This document shows positions 48,018 to 57,778 of a stretch of DNA of 64,000 nucleotides, one piece after another. The DNA is taken from positions 2,368,001 through 2,432,000 of the forward strand of contig CAVUDW010000003.1 in the NCBI GenBank assembly GCA_963740355.1, written 5' to 3'. A program made the position numbers and the translations under genes. The first letter of the stretch is position 1; each line of letters begins with the position of its first letter. The notes under the pieces were generated by a model. It saw nothing but the letters and a program-made list of their open reading frames with translations. It did not search any database and was not told the origin of the DNA. The stretch comes from an uncultured Gemmatimonadaceae bacterium (lineage in GTDB: Bacteria > Gemmatimonadota > Gemmatimonadetes > Gemmatimonadales > Gemmatimonadaceae).

Positions 48018-49052
48018 CTACGGAACGAGGCGCTCGGCGATGAAGCGGAGGCTCTCGGGCAGGTGAGCGCGCCAGTACGGCCAATCGTGACGCCCGGGCC
48101 ACTCGGCATACAGCAGCGGCACCTGCAATGCGGCCATGTTGTCGCGGAAGGAGCGATTCTCCGCCAGCAGGCCATCCTCCGTGCCGACATCGACGAACAG
48201 CGACGGCACCACATCGCCCCGACGGAGCATCAGCTCGATCAGGTGCGTCGGGTCGCGACTGATCCACGAGACCGAGTCACTGCCGAACGCCGGCTCGATG
48301 ATCGACCAGCGACCGCCCGACACCGCGCGCAGCTCCGCGCGGGTGCGTGCATCACGCACCGTCATGGCACCGCCAGTGGCGATCGCCGTGCTGTCCACCA
48401 GCAACGCCGGCCGCAGCACTCCGCTGTGGCTTGCCGCCACCGAGAATGTCTGCGGCGAGCGTGCGGCGATGGAGATCGCACCGTAGCCACCCATGCTCAG
48501 GCCGGCGATGCCGCGTGATTCGCGCCGCGGAATGGTGCGATAGAGCGAGTCGGTGTGCGCCAGGACATCGTGCACCACGTAGTCATCGTACTTCGGCCAC
48601 GGCACACAGTACGCGTCAGCATTCTCCTGCCGCGGTGTGCGCCGACAGGCCGCGATGTCATTCAATGCATGCCAGGTCGTCCACCAGCCATCGTCGCCAT
48701 CTGGCATCACGACGATCATTTCCGGCATGCCGGTCGCCACCAGCGAATCCATGGTCGCGTCGAGATGTCCTTGCACCGTCCAATCCGTTTCGGCACCCCA
48801 TGCCCCATGGAGATACACGGCGACCGGATACTGGCGACGCGGCGCCACGGTGTCGGCGTAACTCGGCGGCAGGTACACCACCAGCTGCTTCTTCACCCCC
48901 AGCGCCTGCGACCAGATCGTGTCGGTGCGCACGGTGCCGCGCCGAACCGGGGCTCGCGAGGTTCCACCAGGCGACACATCCTGCGCGCGCACGGTCGCGA
49001 CACCGACCAGCAGCAACACGAGAATGCGGAGAGATTGCGTCAGCGTCGGCAT
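48018..49052 (-). CDS. Exported esterase, paralog 1
   Basis: VYLPPSY, YLHG, MPDG, AGLSMGG, GRHDW; start at ATG 49052. Confidence 0.88.
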   Translation of the reverse strand: MPTLTQSLRILVLLLVGVATVRAQDVSPGGTSRAPVRRGTVRTDTIWSQALGVKKQLVVYLPPSYADTVAPRRQYPVAVYLHGAWGAETDWTVQGHLDATMDSLVATGMPEMIVVMPDGDDGWWTTWHALNDIAACRRTPRQENADAYCVPWPKYDDYVVHDVLAHTDSLYRTIPRRESRGIAGLSMGGYGAISIAARSPQTFSVAASHSGVLRPALLVDSTAIATGGAMTVRDARTRAELRAVSGGRWSIIEPAFGSDSVSWISRDPTHLIELMLRRGDVVPSLFVDVGTEDGLLAENRSFRDNMAALQVPLLYAEWPGRHDWPYWRAHLPESLRFIAERLVP

Positions 49053-49090
49053 GCGTTCGAGAGCGGGTGATTCAGTGGGCAGCGGATCGA

Positions 49091-50431
49091 TCAGCGCGGG
49101 GATTCGCGACGGAGCCAGACGTAGAGCGGTGTGCCGGCCATGAGCGCGAGAAATCCCCACATGGCAGACTCCGGCCCGACACCGTACATCGTCCACAACA
49201 CGAACAGGAAGCCGACGCTCGCCTCGAAGGTCACGCGGCCGACGGACGATGCATCGTAGTGCTCGGGATGCCGACGGGCGAGCAAGAGCTCGGCCGCGCA
49301 CGCGTAGAGGTGCGGCAGCAACGTGGTGAGGATCGCCAGCAGGGCCACGAACTTGAAGACGTTCAGCAGCGACTGCGAGAAATACAGGAGCAGCAGCGCA
49401 CTCGGAACGAGTGTCCCGACAATCATCGCCACATGCGGCGTCGCATACCGCGGATGCAACCGGCCCAGCGGCGCGAAGAACAATCCATCCTGCGCCGCCG
49501 TCACCGGGATTCGTCCGGCCATCAGCACCCAGCCGTTGAGTGTCGCGAGGTTCGATCCCAGTGCGGCGATTCCAACCACGACGGCCACTGTGGGTCCGAG
49601 GGTCCGCTCCATCGCCAGTGCAATGGGCCGGGGGCTGAGTGCGAGTTCGGCAGTTGGCACGGTGCCGATCACCATCAGCGCCGTGACCAGAAAGACGAGG
49701 GTCGCAAGCCAGTAGCCGATCATCGTGCCGCGTCCGACGGTGACACCGCCGTCGCGCACTTCATCGGCGGGCACCGTGGCCGACTCGACACCGGAGTACG
49801 CCCACACCACCAGAGCGCAGGCCGGCGCCAGCGCGCCATAACCCATCGGAGCAAACGGGGAAAAATTGGCGGTCGAGAGCTGCGGCAGCGCGACCATCGA
49901 CCCGAGCAGCAAGGGCACCACGGTCACGATCATCAGCACGATCTGCAGCTTCGCGCTGTGACCGACACCGACGGTGTTGAGCAGGCAGAGCCCCCACAAC
50001 AGTGCTTGCGCGAGGACGAATTGCTGCAACGGCGACGCGCGCAACGCATCGCTGAATCCCGTCGCGTACCCGACGACGGCGGTTACGATCGCGGCATTCC
50101 CGATCGTGGCGCTGAGCCAATAGCTCCACACCGTCTGGAAGGCCGCGAAGTCGCCGAATGCGTGGCGCACATAGACGTACGGTCCGCCGGTCTTCGGCCA
50201 TCGCGCGCCCAACCGCGAGTAGGTGCGCGCAATGAAGAAGTAGCCGACCGCGGTGATGCCCCACGCGGCAATCGCCAGCGGACCGGCCACGGCAGCCATC
50301 GTCGCCGGCAAGGTCCAGATCGACGTCCCCACCATGTTGCCGACCGCCAGCGCCACCACACCAAGCAGTGTGAGGCGGCGCAGCGGGGCAACGTCGGCGG
50401 TCAGCGGAAGACGTGGCCGATGCGCGACCAC
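49091..50431 (-). CDS. APC-family amino acid permease (start uncertain)
   Basis: GNMVGTSIWTLP, GGPYVY, WAYSGVES; multiple TM helices. Confidence 0.9.
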   Translation of the reverse strand: MVAHRPRLPLTADVAPLRRLTLLGVVALAVGNMVGTSIWTLPATMAAVAGPLAIAAWGITAVGYFFIARTYSRLGARWPKTGGPYVYVRHAFGDFAAFQTVWSYWLSATIGNAAIVTAVVGYATGFSDALRASPLQQFVLAQALLWGLCLLNTVGVGHSAKLQIVLMIVTVVPLLLGSMVALPQLSTANFSPFAPMGYGALAPACALVVWAYSGVESATVPADEVRDGGVTVGRGTMIGYWLATLVFLVTALMVIGTVPTAELALSPRPIALAMERTLGPTVAVVVGIAALGSNLATLNGWVLMAGRIPVTAAQDGLFFAPLGRLHPRYATPHVAMIVGTLVPSALLLLYFSQSLLNVFKFVALLAILTTLLPHLYACAAELLLARRHPEHYDASSVGRVTFEASVGFLFVLWTMYGVGPESAMWGFLALMAGTPLYVWLRRESPR

Positions 50432-51201
50432 CGGATGTCGGTGATGAACGGCATCGCGCGATCCGAATCGTTCGCGTTGTAGCTGTAGTAGACGAAGATC
50501 GGGCGGCCGCGAAGGTTGCCGCGCGGCACGATGCCCCAGTACCGGCTGTCCTTCGACTCGTAGCGATTGTCACCAAGCATGAAGAGATGCCCGGGCGGAA
50601 TCAGCAACGGCCCCCAGTTGTCATGCGTCGGCACGGGTGGCGGATCGCCGAAACGCGAACCCTTCAGCTCGACCTTGTGCTGCCACTCGAAAAGCGGGTT
50701 GGTCTCGTCCGCGCCCATCTTCGAGGTGCTTTCATCGGCGCGCTGCGGGTAGGCGGTGCCATTCACATGCACCACGCCGTCACGCATGTAGACCGTGTCA
50801 CCCGGCGTACCCCAGAGGCGCTTCACCAGCGTCGGCTGCGGATCGTTGCCGATCGCCGCCTCATCGGCCTGGTACGGCGACTTGAAGACCACGATCTCGC
50901 GGCGCTTCGGCTCCGCGTACCCCGGCAGCGTGACGTCGGTGAACGGGACGTTGGGGCCGTAGACGAGGTTGTTCACGAACAACCAATCGCCGACCATCAT
51001 CTCCGGCTGCATGCTCGGTGATGGAATCCGGTACGCCTGGAAGAAAAAGATCCGGACGACGAAGAAGATCAGGATCGGCACGATCCATCCCTTCAGGCCA
51101 TCGATGACGGATGACTTGGCACCGGTTCCACTCTTGCCACGCGCGGCCGCGACCACGTTGGGCACGGGCGGGGGGGAACTCGATTTTTGATCGGCGGCCA
51201 C
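50401..51201 (-). CDS. lepB: Signal peptidase I
   Basis: IPSPSMQP (catalytic Ser), LVKRL (Lys), GDNRYESKDSRYWG. Confidence 0.95.
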   Translation of the reverse strand: MAADQKSSSPPPVPNVVAAARGKSGTGAKSSVIDGLKGWIVPILIFFVVRIFFFQAYRIPSPSMQPEMMVGDWLFVNNLVYGPNVPFTDVTLPGYAEPKRREIVVFKSPYQADEAAIGNDPQPTLVKRLWGTPGDTVYMRDGVVHVNGTAYPQRADESTSKMGADETNPLFEWQHKVELKGSRFGDPPPVPTHDNWGPLLIPPGHLFMLGDNRYESKDSRYWGIVPRGNLRGRPIFVYYSYNANDSDRAMPFITDIRWSRIGHVFR

Positions 51202-51331
51202 AGGACTTGGGTGCAGCGGTGACAGGCAGTGATGCCGTAGGGACCGGACGCAATCGAGGGCCTGCCCCAGGAGGACACGCCCTCGATCCGGTCCAGCAAA
51301 AGATAACCCGCCCGGAGGCGGGAGATCCGGT

Positions 51332-51679
51332 TCAGCTCAGGTGCTTGGACACCAGCGCCGTCATCTCGAACATCGTGACGGTCTTCTTGCCACCGAACAC
51401 GGCCTTGAGCTTGTCGTCGGCCAGGATGTTCCGCTTGTTCTTCGGGTCCTGCAGGTCGTGCTTCTTGATGTAGGCCCAGATGGCGCTCGTGACTTCCGTG
51501 CGCGGGCGGGCATCGCCGCCGATCACGGCTGCGAGTTCAGGGCTGATCTTCATCGCCTTGTTGAACGCCGAAGCGCTCTTCTTGGCGGCCGGCGCCTTCG
51601 CGGCAGCCTTCTTTGCAGGGGCCTTGGCAGCGGCCTTCTTGGCCGGTGCCTTCGCGGCTGCCTTTTTTGCAGGGGGCAT
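51332..51679 (-). CDS. SWIB/DM2-domain protein with a histone-H1-like PAKKAAAKA repeat N-terminus
   Basis: GAGGA RBS; SPELAAVIG...RTEVTSAIWAYIKKHDLQDPKNKRNI. Confidence 0.9.
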   Translation of the reverse strand: MPPAKKAAAKAPAKKAAAKAPAKKAAAKAPAAKKSASAFNKAMKISPELAAVIGGDARPRTEVTSAIWAYIKKHDLQDPKNKRNILADDKLKAVFGGKKTVTMFEMTALVSKHLS

Positions 51680-51859
51680 CGCAGATCCTCGAGGATGAGG
51701 GAGAGGCGAGCGACGCTCGCCGTGTCCGTAGAGCGAGACTCGCGCGCTCATCGTGGCATCCGCCGGCGACCGCCGTTCGAAATGACCATGACGCGCGGGA
51801 AGGTACACCCAGTGTCTGCCCGCGCAACAGGAGCCGTCAGCCCTCGCGCACGCGACGTC

Positions 51860-52756
51860 TCACGCGTCGACGTCGAAGGAGCGCAGCAATGCCACCATCC
51901 GCTGATCATCAGGATCGGCCGCCGGGTCATCCTCCGCCATCAGCTCGATGGCCTGTGGCGTCTCCAGCAGGAGCGGGATATCCCGGGTCCGCGGGTCGGC
52001 CAGCAACCAGCGAAAGGCGTCGGCTCCGATCGCACCCTCGCCGATCAGCATGTGTCGGTCCTTGTTCGAGCCGAGGGCGCCGAGGCTGTCGTTCAGGTGC
52101 AGGAAGGTGGGCGGTTCCCCACAGGCCGCCTCGAATTCATCCAGCACCGCGACACATGCCGCCTGCGACGCACTGATATCGTATCCAGACGCAAATAAAT
52201 GGCAGGTGTCGAGGCCGTAGCCCGCACGCGCGCGCACCGACGCCGGCAGTGCCGCGAGTATGCCCGCCACTTCGTCCACCGTGCGGCCGATCGTGTTGCC
52301 GGCGCCGGCGCTGTTCTCCACCAGCAGCTTCGTCGTGCCCTCCACACTCTCCAGTGCGCGCGTCATGGCCGTCGCCACGCGCGCGATCCCCGACGCGCGA
52401 TCCTTGTCGGTGGCCGCCCCTGGATGGAAGCAGACGCCGCGCACTTCGAGCAACGTGCTGCGCTCCAGTTCCTTCGTCAGCGCGGCCGCCGCACGTTCCC
52501 ACTTCTCGACCTCGGGAGTGGCGCAATTGAGCACGTAGCCGGCGTGCACGATCACCGACGACCGTGCGATGCCGGCCTCCTCCAGTGCGGCGTGAAAGGC
52601 CTTGATCCGTTCCGGCTTCACCCCGACTTTCTCGTTATAGAACTTGGGAACTGCGCTGAAGATCTGCAGTGCCGTCGCCCCCGCGTTGCCCGCGCGGCGC
52701 GCCGCCATCGGGATCCCGCCAGCGTCAATCGTGTGTGCACCAATCAGTCGAGGCAT
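51860..52756 (-). CDS. nfo: Endonuclease IV
   Basis: IGAH, VHAGY, FHPG, ENSAG, LDTCH, HLNDS, DRH, LETP. Confidence 0.95.
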   Translation of the reverse strand: MPRLIGAHTIDAGGIPMAARRAGNAGATALQIFSAVPKFYNEKVGVKPERIKAFHAALEEAGIARSSVIVHAGYVLNCATPEVEKWERAAAALTKELERSTLLEVRGVCFHPGAATDKDRASGIARVATAMTRALESVEGTTKLLVENSAGAGNTIGRTVDEVAGILAALPASVRARAGYGLDTCHLFASGYDISASQAACVAVLDEFEAACGEPPTFLHLNDSLGALGSNKDRHMLIGEGAIGADAFRWLLADPRTRDIPLLLETPQAIELMAEDDPAADPDDQRMVALLRSFDVDA

Positions 52757-52841
52757 GGGTCCTGTCGTGTGAAGTTCCGTGCAACGTGCGAACTGATGTA
52801 CCGTCCGCCATTCGGTGTGTGCACCAGCTTCTACCGGAGCG

Positions 52842-53669
52842 TCACCGCGTCACGATCTGCGCGCGCCGCAACAGGTACGCACTGCCCGACTGCGAGGCTT
52901 CTTTCCATCCCACCCAGAGCTGCCCACCCGAGAGGCGGATGATCTGCGGCGCTGACGCTTGCTGCGAGCTGGTGCTGACCGGAATGAGTCGCGCCGTCTG
53001 CTCGAAGAGGTGACCCGAGGTGAGCGACAGGCTCATCGCGATGCGTCCCACTTCACTGTTCGGATCTTCGTACGCGATTGCGACGGTGTCACCGCGACTC
53101 GCCACCGCGACGCGCACCGGCTCTTCGCCGTACACGATCGCAATCGGCACCTCGAAGCGCTGCAATCGCGGATCCATCAGGTGCGAATAAAAAAGCCCGG
53201 GGCCTTCCGGCGCGACCATCCAGTAGCCGACGTGCACGTAGCCGTTGGCGCTGTCGACCGTCAGCGCCGGTGTCGGTCGCGCGCAGCCCAGCAGCGCCCG
53301 GTCCACCGAATCGACCGTGATGCGCTGCAGCAGCGCCCCGGTCGAATCGTGTGCCGCGGCCATCAACACGGCGCTGCTGTCGGGCCGGATTCGCCACCAG
53401 GCGGACCACTTCGCCCCGCGCACCACCGGTGACTCGACGGTCGATCCCGGACAAGCGCCGACGGTGCTCTCGGGGGCCGGCGCGGCCACGCCGGCCGGCA
53501 ACACGACCACCTCGGGCGTCGCGCCAGGTGCCCAGCGCGCGGTGTAGCCGGTCGTGGAATCGGTGACCGACGCGATCATCGCGGGCGCCTGCCACTCCAC
53601 CGGCGGTGCGTCCCACGAACAGCCGGCCAGCAGGGAGACGGCAATCAAGCACTTTGGAGCAACGGGCAT
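52842..53669 (-). CDS. Hypothetical lipoprotein
   Basis: Lipobox LAGC; beta-rich sequence. Confidence 0.7.
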   Translation of the reverse strand: MPVAPKCLIAVSLLAGCSWDAPPVEWQAPAMIASVTDSTTGYTARWAPGATPEVVVLPAGVAAPAPESTVGACPGSTVESPVVRGAKWSAWWRIRPDSSAVLMAAAHDSTGALLQRITVDSVDRALLGCARPTPALTVDSANGYVHVGYWMVAPEGPGLFYSHLMDPRLQRFEVPIAIVYGEEPVRVAVASRGDTVAIAYEDPNSEVGRIAMSLSLTSGHLFEQTARLIPVSTSSQQASAPQIIRLSGGQLWVGWKEASQSGSAYLLRRAQIVTR

Positions 53670-53838
53670 TCCGTAATCTACGCAAGTCGGTCGCGGCCCT
53701 CGGCGGGAATGGCAGTCCGGCTGCGGTCACGAGCATCGCCGTGGCGGCCATTACGTTTGCAGCACGGGCCGTGCGTACGCTGCGGGGCCCGGCCATTTCC
53801 ACCCGCTCCGCCACTTTGCTCCGCCACTCTGCTCAGCC

Positions 53839-55497
53839 ATGACGCCACCTCTCGTCGCGCCCGTTGGAGCCTCGCAGTTCGCCGGCTCCCGTCGAATTCC
53901 TGCCCCGATCAACGAACCGGTTCGGAACTACGCCCCGAATTCGCCGGAACGGACCGAACTGCAGGCCCGTCTCACGAGCATGTCCACGGAACGGGCCGAA
54001 ATCCCGGTGGTGATCGGCGGCAAGCGGATCTTCACGGGCAACAAGGGCACGCAGGTGATGCCACACATGCATCGCCATGTCGTGGCCGACTTCCACAAGG
54101 CGGGCCCGGCGGAGGTCGCCGCGGCGGTCGAGGCCTGTGCCGCAGCCCGAAAGGAATGGTCCGCCTGGAGCTGGGAAGATCGCGCCGGCGTCTTTCTCAA
54201 GGCGGCTGAACTGCTGACGACGACGCGACGGGCGTCCGTCAACGCGGCCACGATGCTTGGCCAGTCGAAGACGGTGCACCAGGCCGAAATCGATGCGGCC
54301 TGCGAGCTGATCGACTTCTGGCGCTTCAACGCCGCCTTCGCGCAGGAGATCTACGCCGAACAGCCGGTAAGCACGAGCGCCACCTGGAACCAGTCCGACT
54401 ACCGCCCGCTGGAAGGGTTCATCTACGCCGTCTCGCCGTTCAACTTCACGGCCATCGGCGGCAACCTCTCCGGTGCGCCTGCCATGATGGGCAACACCGT
54501 CATCTGGAAGCCAGCCAGCACCGCGATGCTGTCGGCCTGGAATGTCTTCCAGATTCTCGAAGAGGCAGGCCTGCCGCCGGGTGTGATCAACTTCGTGCCC
54601 GGTGATCCGGCGCCGATCTCGAACGCCCTGCTCACCCATCGCGACCTCGCCGGTGTGCACTTCACCGGCAGCACGGGTGTGTTCAACGGCATGTGGGAGA
54701 CGGTCGGCCGCAACATGGGGAGCTATCGCAGCTATCCGCGCATCGTCGGTGAAACGGGCGGCAAGGACTTCATCGTCGCCCATCCCTCGGCAGACCCGAT
54801 CGCGCTCGCGGTGGCCATCGTCCGCGGGGCCTTCGAGTACCAGGGCCAGAAGTGTTCGGCCGCCAGCCGCGTCTATGTCCCGAAGTCGCTCTGGCCCACG
54901 GTGCGTGAGCATGTGGCGCAGATGACGAGTGAGATCAAGGTCGGCGATGTGCGTGACTTCACGAACTTCATGGGTGCCGTGATCGACAAGCGCGCCTTCG
55001 ACAAGCACACCGAGTACCTGGCGCTGGCGAAGAAGGAGTGCGAAGTGATCACCGGCGGCACCGCGAACGACGAGATCGGCTACTTCGTGCAGCCGACCCT
55101 CGTGCGGACCGATGACCCGTCGCACCGCATGCTGAACGAGGAGATCTTCGGCCCGATCATCACGGCCTATGTCTATGACGACGACAAGTGGCTCGACACG
55201 CTGCACCTCGTGGATGCGACCAGCCCGTACGCCCTGACCGGTGCCGTGTGGGCACGCGAGAAGCAGGCGGTGCTGGACGCGATGTCGGTGCTGCGCAACG
55301 CCGCTGGCAACTTCTACATCAACGACAAGCCGACCGGTGCCGTGGTCGGACAACAGCCGTTCGGTGGCGCACGCGCCTCGGGCACGAATGACAAGGCGGG
55401 CTCGAAGATGAACCTGATGCGTTGGGTCAGCGCCCGTTCGATCAAGGAAACCTTCGTACCGCCGACGGAGTGGCGCTATCCGTTCCTCGCGGAATGA
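53839..55497 (+). CDS. pruA: L-glutamate gamma-semialdehyde (P5C) dehydrogenase
   Basis: EIDAACELIDFWRFN, SPFNFTAI, ETGGK, YQGQKCSA, QQPFGGARASGTNDK. Confidence 0.95.
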   Translation: MTPPLVAPVGASQFAGSRRIPAPINEPVRNYAPNSPERTELQARLTSMSTERAEIPVVIGGKRIFTGNKGTQVMPHMHRHVVADFHKAGPAEVAAAVEACAAARKEWSAWSWEDRAGVFLKAAELLTTTRRASVNAATMLGQSKTVHQAEIDAACELIDFWRFNAAFAQEIYAEQPVSTSATWNQSDYRPLEGFIYAVSPFNFTAIGGNLSGAPAMMGNTVIWKPASTAMLSAWNVFQILEEAGLPPGVINFVPGDPAPISNALLTHRDLAGVHFTGSTGVFNGMWETVGRNMGSYRSYPRIVGETGGKDFIVAHPSADPIALAVAIVRGAFEYQGQKCSAASRVYVPKSLWPTVREHVAQMTSEIKVGDVRDFTNFMGAVIDKRAFDKHTEYLALAKKECEVITGGTANDEIGYFVQPTLVRTDDPSHRMLNEEIFGPIITAYVYDDDKWLDTLHLVDATSPYALTGAVWAREKQAVLDAMSVLRNAAGNFYINDKPTGAVVGQQPFGGARASGTNDKAGSKMNLMRWVSARSIKETFVPPTEWRYPFLAE

Positions 55498-56444
55498 GCG
55501 ACACGCTGGTGAGCAGTGCGTCGGGCGGTGATCCGCTCTTCGTGCACTATTTCACACTCGATGTCTTCACCGACCAGCGGTTCGGCGGCAATCCGCTGGC
55601 GGTGATCCTCGATGCGCGTGGTCTGAGCAGCGAGCAGATGCTGCAGGTCACGCGCGAGTTCAATTACTCGGAATCGACCTTCGTGCTGCCAGCCGAGACG
55701 GCTGAGACCACGAAGCGTGTGCGCATCTTCACGCCCGGCGGCGAAGTGCCGTTCGCCGGGCATCCCACCGTCGGGACGGCGATCGCCCTCGTCTTCTCGG
55801 GCGACGCCCCGAGCGACGGCGACACGGTGCACGTCGTCCTCGGCGAAAACGTGGGGCCCGTGCCTGTCACCGTGCGGTTGCGTGACGGTGTGCCGGAGTG
55901 GGCGCAGCTGTCGGTGGCGATGATGCCGGTGGAGAAGCCCCCGATCGATCGTGCGCTGGCGGCCGACCTGGTCGGCCTCTCGGTGGACGACGTGGTGGCC
56001 GGCGATCAGTACCTGCCGGCGGTCACGTCCTGTGGATTGCCGTTCCTCATCATCCCGCTGGCGTCACGTGATGCTGTCGCGCGCGCACGGATCAGCGAGC
56101 CGGTGTTCGCCCGCACGATGCGCGGCACCGACTGCGCGATGGTGATGGTCTTTGCATCAGTCGATGACGTCCCGGGCGTGGATGTGCATTGCCGCGTCTT
56201 CTGCCCCGACGACGGCGTCCCCGAAGATCCCGCCACCGGCAGCGCCAACGCCGCCCTCGGCGGCTACCTCGCCGCGCGCACGCCGCGCACCGGCACTCTC
56301 CGCTGGGTGTCGCAACAAGGCATCGAGATGGGCCGGCCGAGCAAGCTCGAGATCGAGGTCGACAAGTCGTCCACCACCATCACCGCCGTCCGCGTCGGCG
56401 GCCACGCCGTCCTCATGTCCGAAGGCCGGCTCCGCATTTCCTGA
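55494..56444 (+). CDS. PhzF-family isomerase
   Basis: DVFTDQRFGGNPLAV, EVPFAGHPT, EDPATGSA, QGIEMGRPS. Confidence 0.92.
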   Translation: MSDTLVSSASGGDPLFVHYFTLDVFTDQRFGGNPLAVILDARGLSSEQMLQVTREFNYSESTFVLPAETAETTKRVRIFTPGGEVPFAGHPTVGTAIALVFSGDAPSDGDTVHVVLGENVGPVPVTVRLRDGVPEWAQLSVAMMPVEKPPIDRALAADLVGLSVDDVVAGDQYLPAVTSCGLPFLIIPLASRDAVARARISEPVFARTMRGTDCAMVMVFASVDDVPGVDVHCRVFCPDDGVPEDPATGSANAALGGYLAARTPRTGTLRWVSQQGIEMGRPSKLEIEVDKSSTTITAVRVGGHAVLMSEGRLRIS

Positions 56445-56468
56445 TCACACATCGGCGCTTCAACTGCT

Positions 56469-57347
56469 TCAGCCGCGCAGGTTTCGCAGGTAGCGCTCGG
56501 GATCAGCGAGGAACTCGCGCGTGAGGCGCACGTGGTCGGTGTCGGTCCAGGCGACTTCGCTGATCGGTGACTCATCGAAGGAGTAGATCCGCGCGCCGGG
56601 GAACGCGAGCAGCATCGGCGAGTGTGTCGCGATGATGAACTGCGCACCGTCGGCCACGAGGTCGAACATCATCGCCAGCAGGGCGAGCTGTCGCTGCGGT
56701 GAGAGCGCGGCTTCGGGTTCGTCCATCAGGTAGAGGCCTTTCGGGACGAGCCGTTGCTGGAAGAAGTTGAGGAACGCTTCACCATGTGACCTGGCGTCCG
56801 GGTCGGCACCGTAGCGTCGTTCCATCTCGCCCATGCTCGCCTTCAGCGGGCCCATTGCAAGGCCCTTGGCATGCGCGGAACGGTCGGCGTATTCCTCTTC
56901 CATGCGCTGCAACGTCTGCTCGAACTCGAGGCGCTCGCGCTTGAGCAGGTTCTGGAAGCCGAAGAAGTCCTCGGCGCGCAGGAAGAAGCCGCGGTTGTTG
57001 CGCGTACGCCAGGTGAGCTTCAAGGCGCGAGACAGCCAGAGTTGTTCGGCCAGCGTCGGATCGTCCTGCGCGCGATTCGCCGCACCGGCGGACGGCAGCG
57101 AGGCCGCGATGGCGATCGCCTCCAGCAGCGTCGATTTCCCGGACCCGTTCTCACCCACGAAGCAGGTGACCGGGGCATCGAAGTCGAGCGTCGTCATCGA
57201 CGCGATCGTCGGCACCGAGAAGGGAAAGCGCTCCGCGCTGGCCCAGCGTGGCAACGCATAACTCACGCGCAGCAACTGCGGATCACCGTCACGCCAGTCC
57301 GACTTCGGCGTTTCCGTCGTGCGACGACGTGGTGCCCGCGGCGGCAC
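56469..57347 (-). CDS. Predicted stand-alone ABC-type ATPase (COG3910-like)
   Basis: GENGSGKST, GFFLRAE, SHGE, MDEPEAALSP, ATHSP. Confidence 0.85.
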   Translation of the reverse strand: MPPRAPRRRTTETPKSDWRDGDPQLLRVSYALPRWASAERFPFSVPTIASMTTLDFDAPVTCFVGENGSGKSTLLEAIAIAASLPSAGAANRAQDDPTLAEQLWLSRALKLTWRTRNNRGFFLRAEDFFGFQNLLKRERLEFEQTLQRMEEEYADRSAHAKGLAMGPLKASMGEMERRYGADPDARSHGEAFLNFFQQRLVPKGLYLMDEPEAALSPQRQLALLAMMFDLVADGAQFIIATHSPMLLAFPGARIYSFDESPISEVAWTDTDHVRLTREFLADPERYLRNLRG

Positions 57348-57351
57348 CGGC

Positions 57352-57720
57352 TTACCTGCCCCCAGTGGCCTGCGTCATCCGATTCTGCGCGTCCACGAAC
57401 ACCTTGCGCGGTTCGAAATTCTCCGGCAGCTCACCCTCCTCGAACACGCCGAACGCCATGATGATCACCAGGTCGCCCACCTGTGCCATGCGCGCCGCAG
57501 CTCCATTGAGCTTGATCTCGCCGCTCCCACGCGCCCCTTCGATCGCATACGTCTCGAAGCGCGCGCCGTTGTTCACGTTCACCACCGCGACCTTCTCGTA
57601 CACCCTGAGATCCGCCGCGTCGAGCAGGTCGCGATCGATCGTCAGCGACCCCTCGTAGTGCAGGTCTGCGTCGGTCACCGTCGCGCGGTGAATCTTGGCC
57701 CTGATCATGATGCGCTGCAT
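57352..57720 (-). CDS. panD: Aspartate 1-decarboxylase
   Basis: [16 protein letters not shown] self-cleavage site, RFETYAI, LNGAAAR. Confidence 0.97.
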   Translation of the reverse strand: MQRIMIRAKIHRATVTDADLHYEGSLTIDRDLLDAADLRVYEKVAVVNVNNGARFETYAIEGARGSGEIKLNGAAARMAQVGDLVIIMAFGVFEEGELPENFEPRKVFVDAQNRMTQATGGR

Positions 57721-57778
57721 GCGCACAATCTACCCGAGTCGAGGCCCCGAAACGGAAGCCTCGACTCGACGGACCACA

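Noticed and set aside
48347..50482. 711-aa plus-strand ORF
   Set aside because: Arg/His-rich antisense shadow of the esterase and APC permease genes.
53833..55353. 506-aa ORF antisense to pruA
   Set aside because: Shadow ORF with no motifs.
55494..56444. Phenazine biosynthesis cluster
   Set aside because: Lone PhzF-family gene coupled to pruA; no other phz genes.
56469..57347. ATPase as an anti-phage defence component
   Set aside because: No partner nuclease or TOPRIM gene; housekeeping context next to panD.
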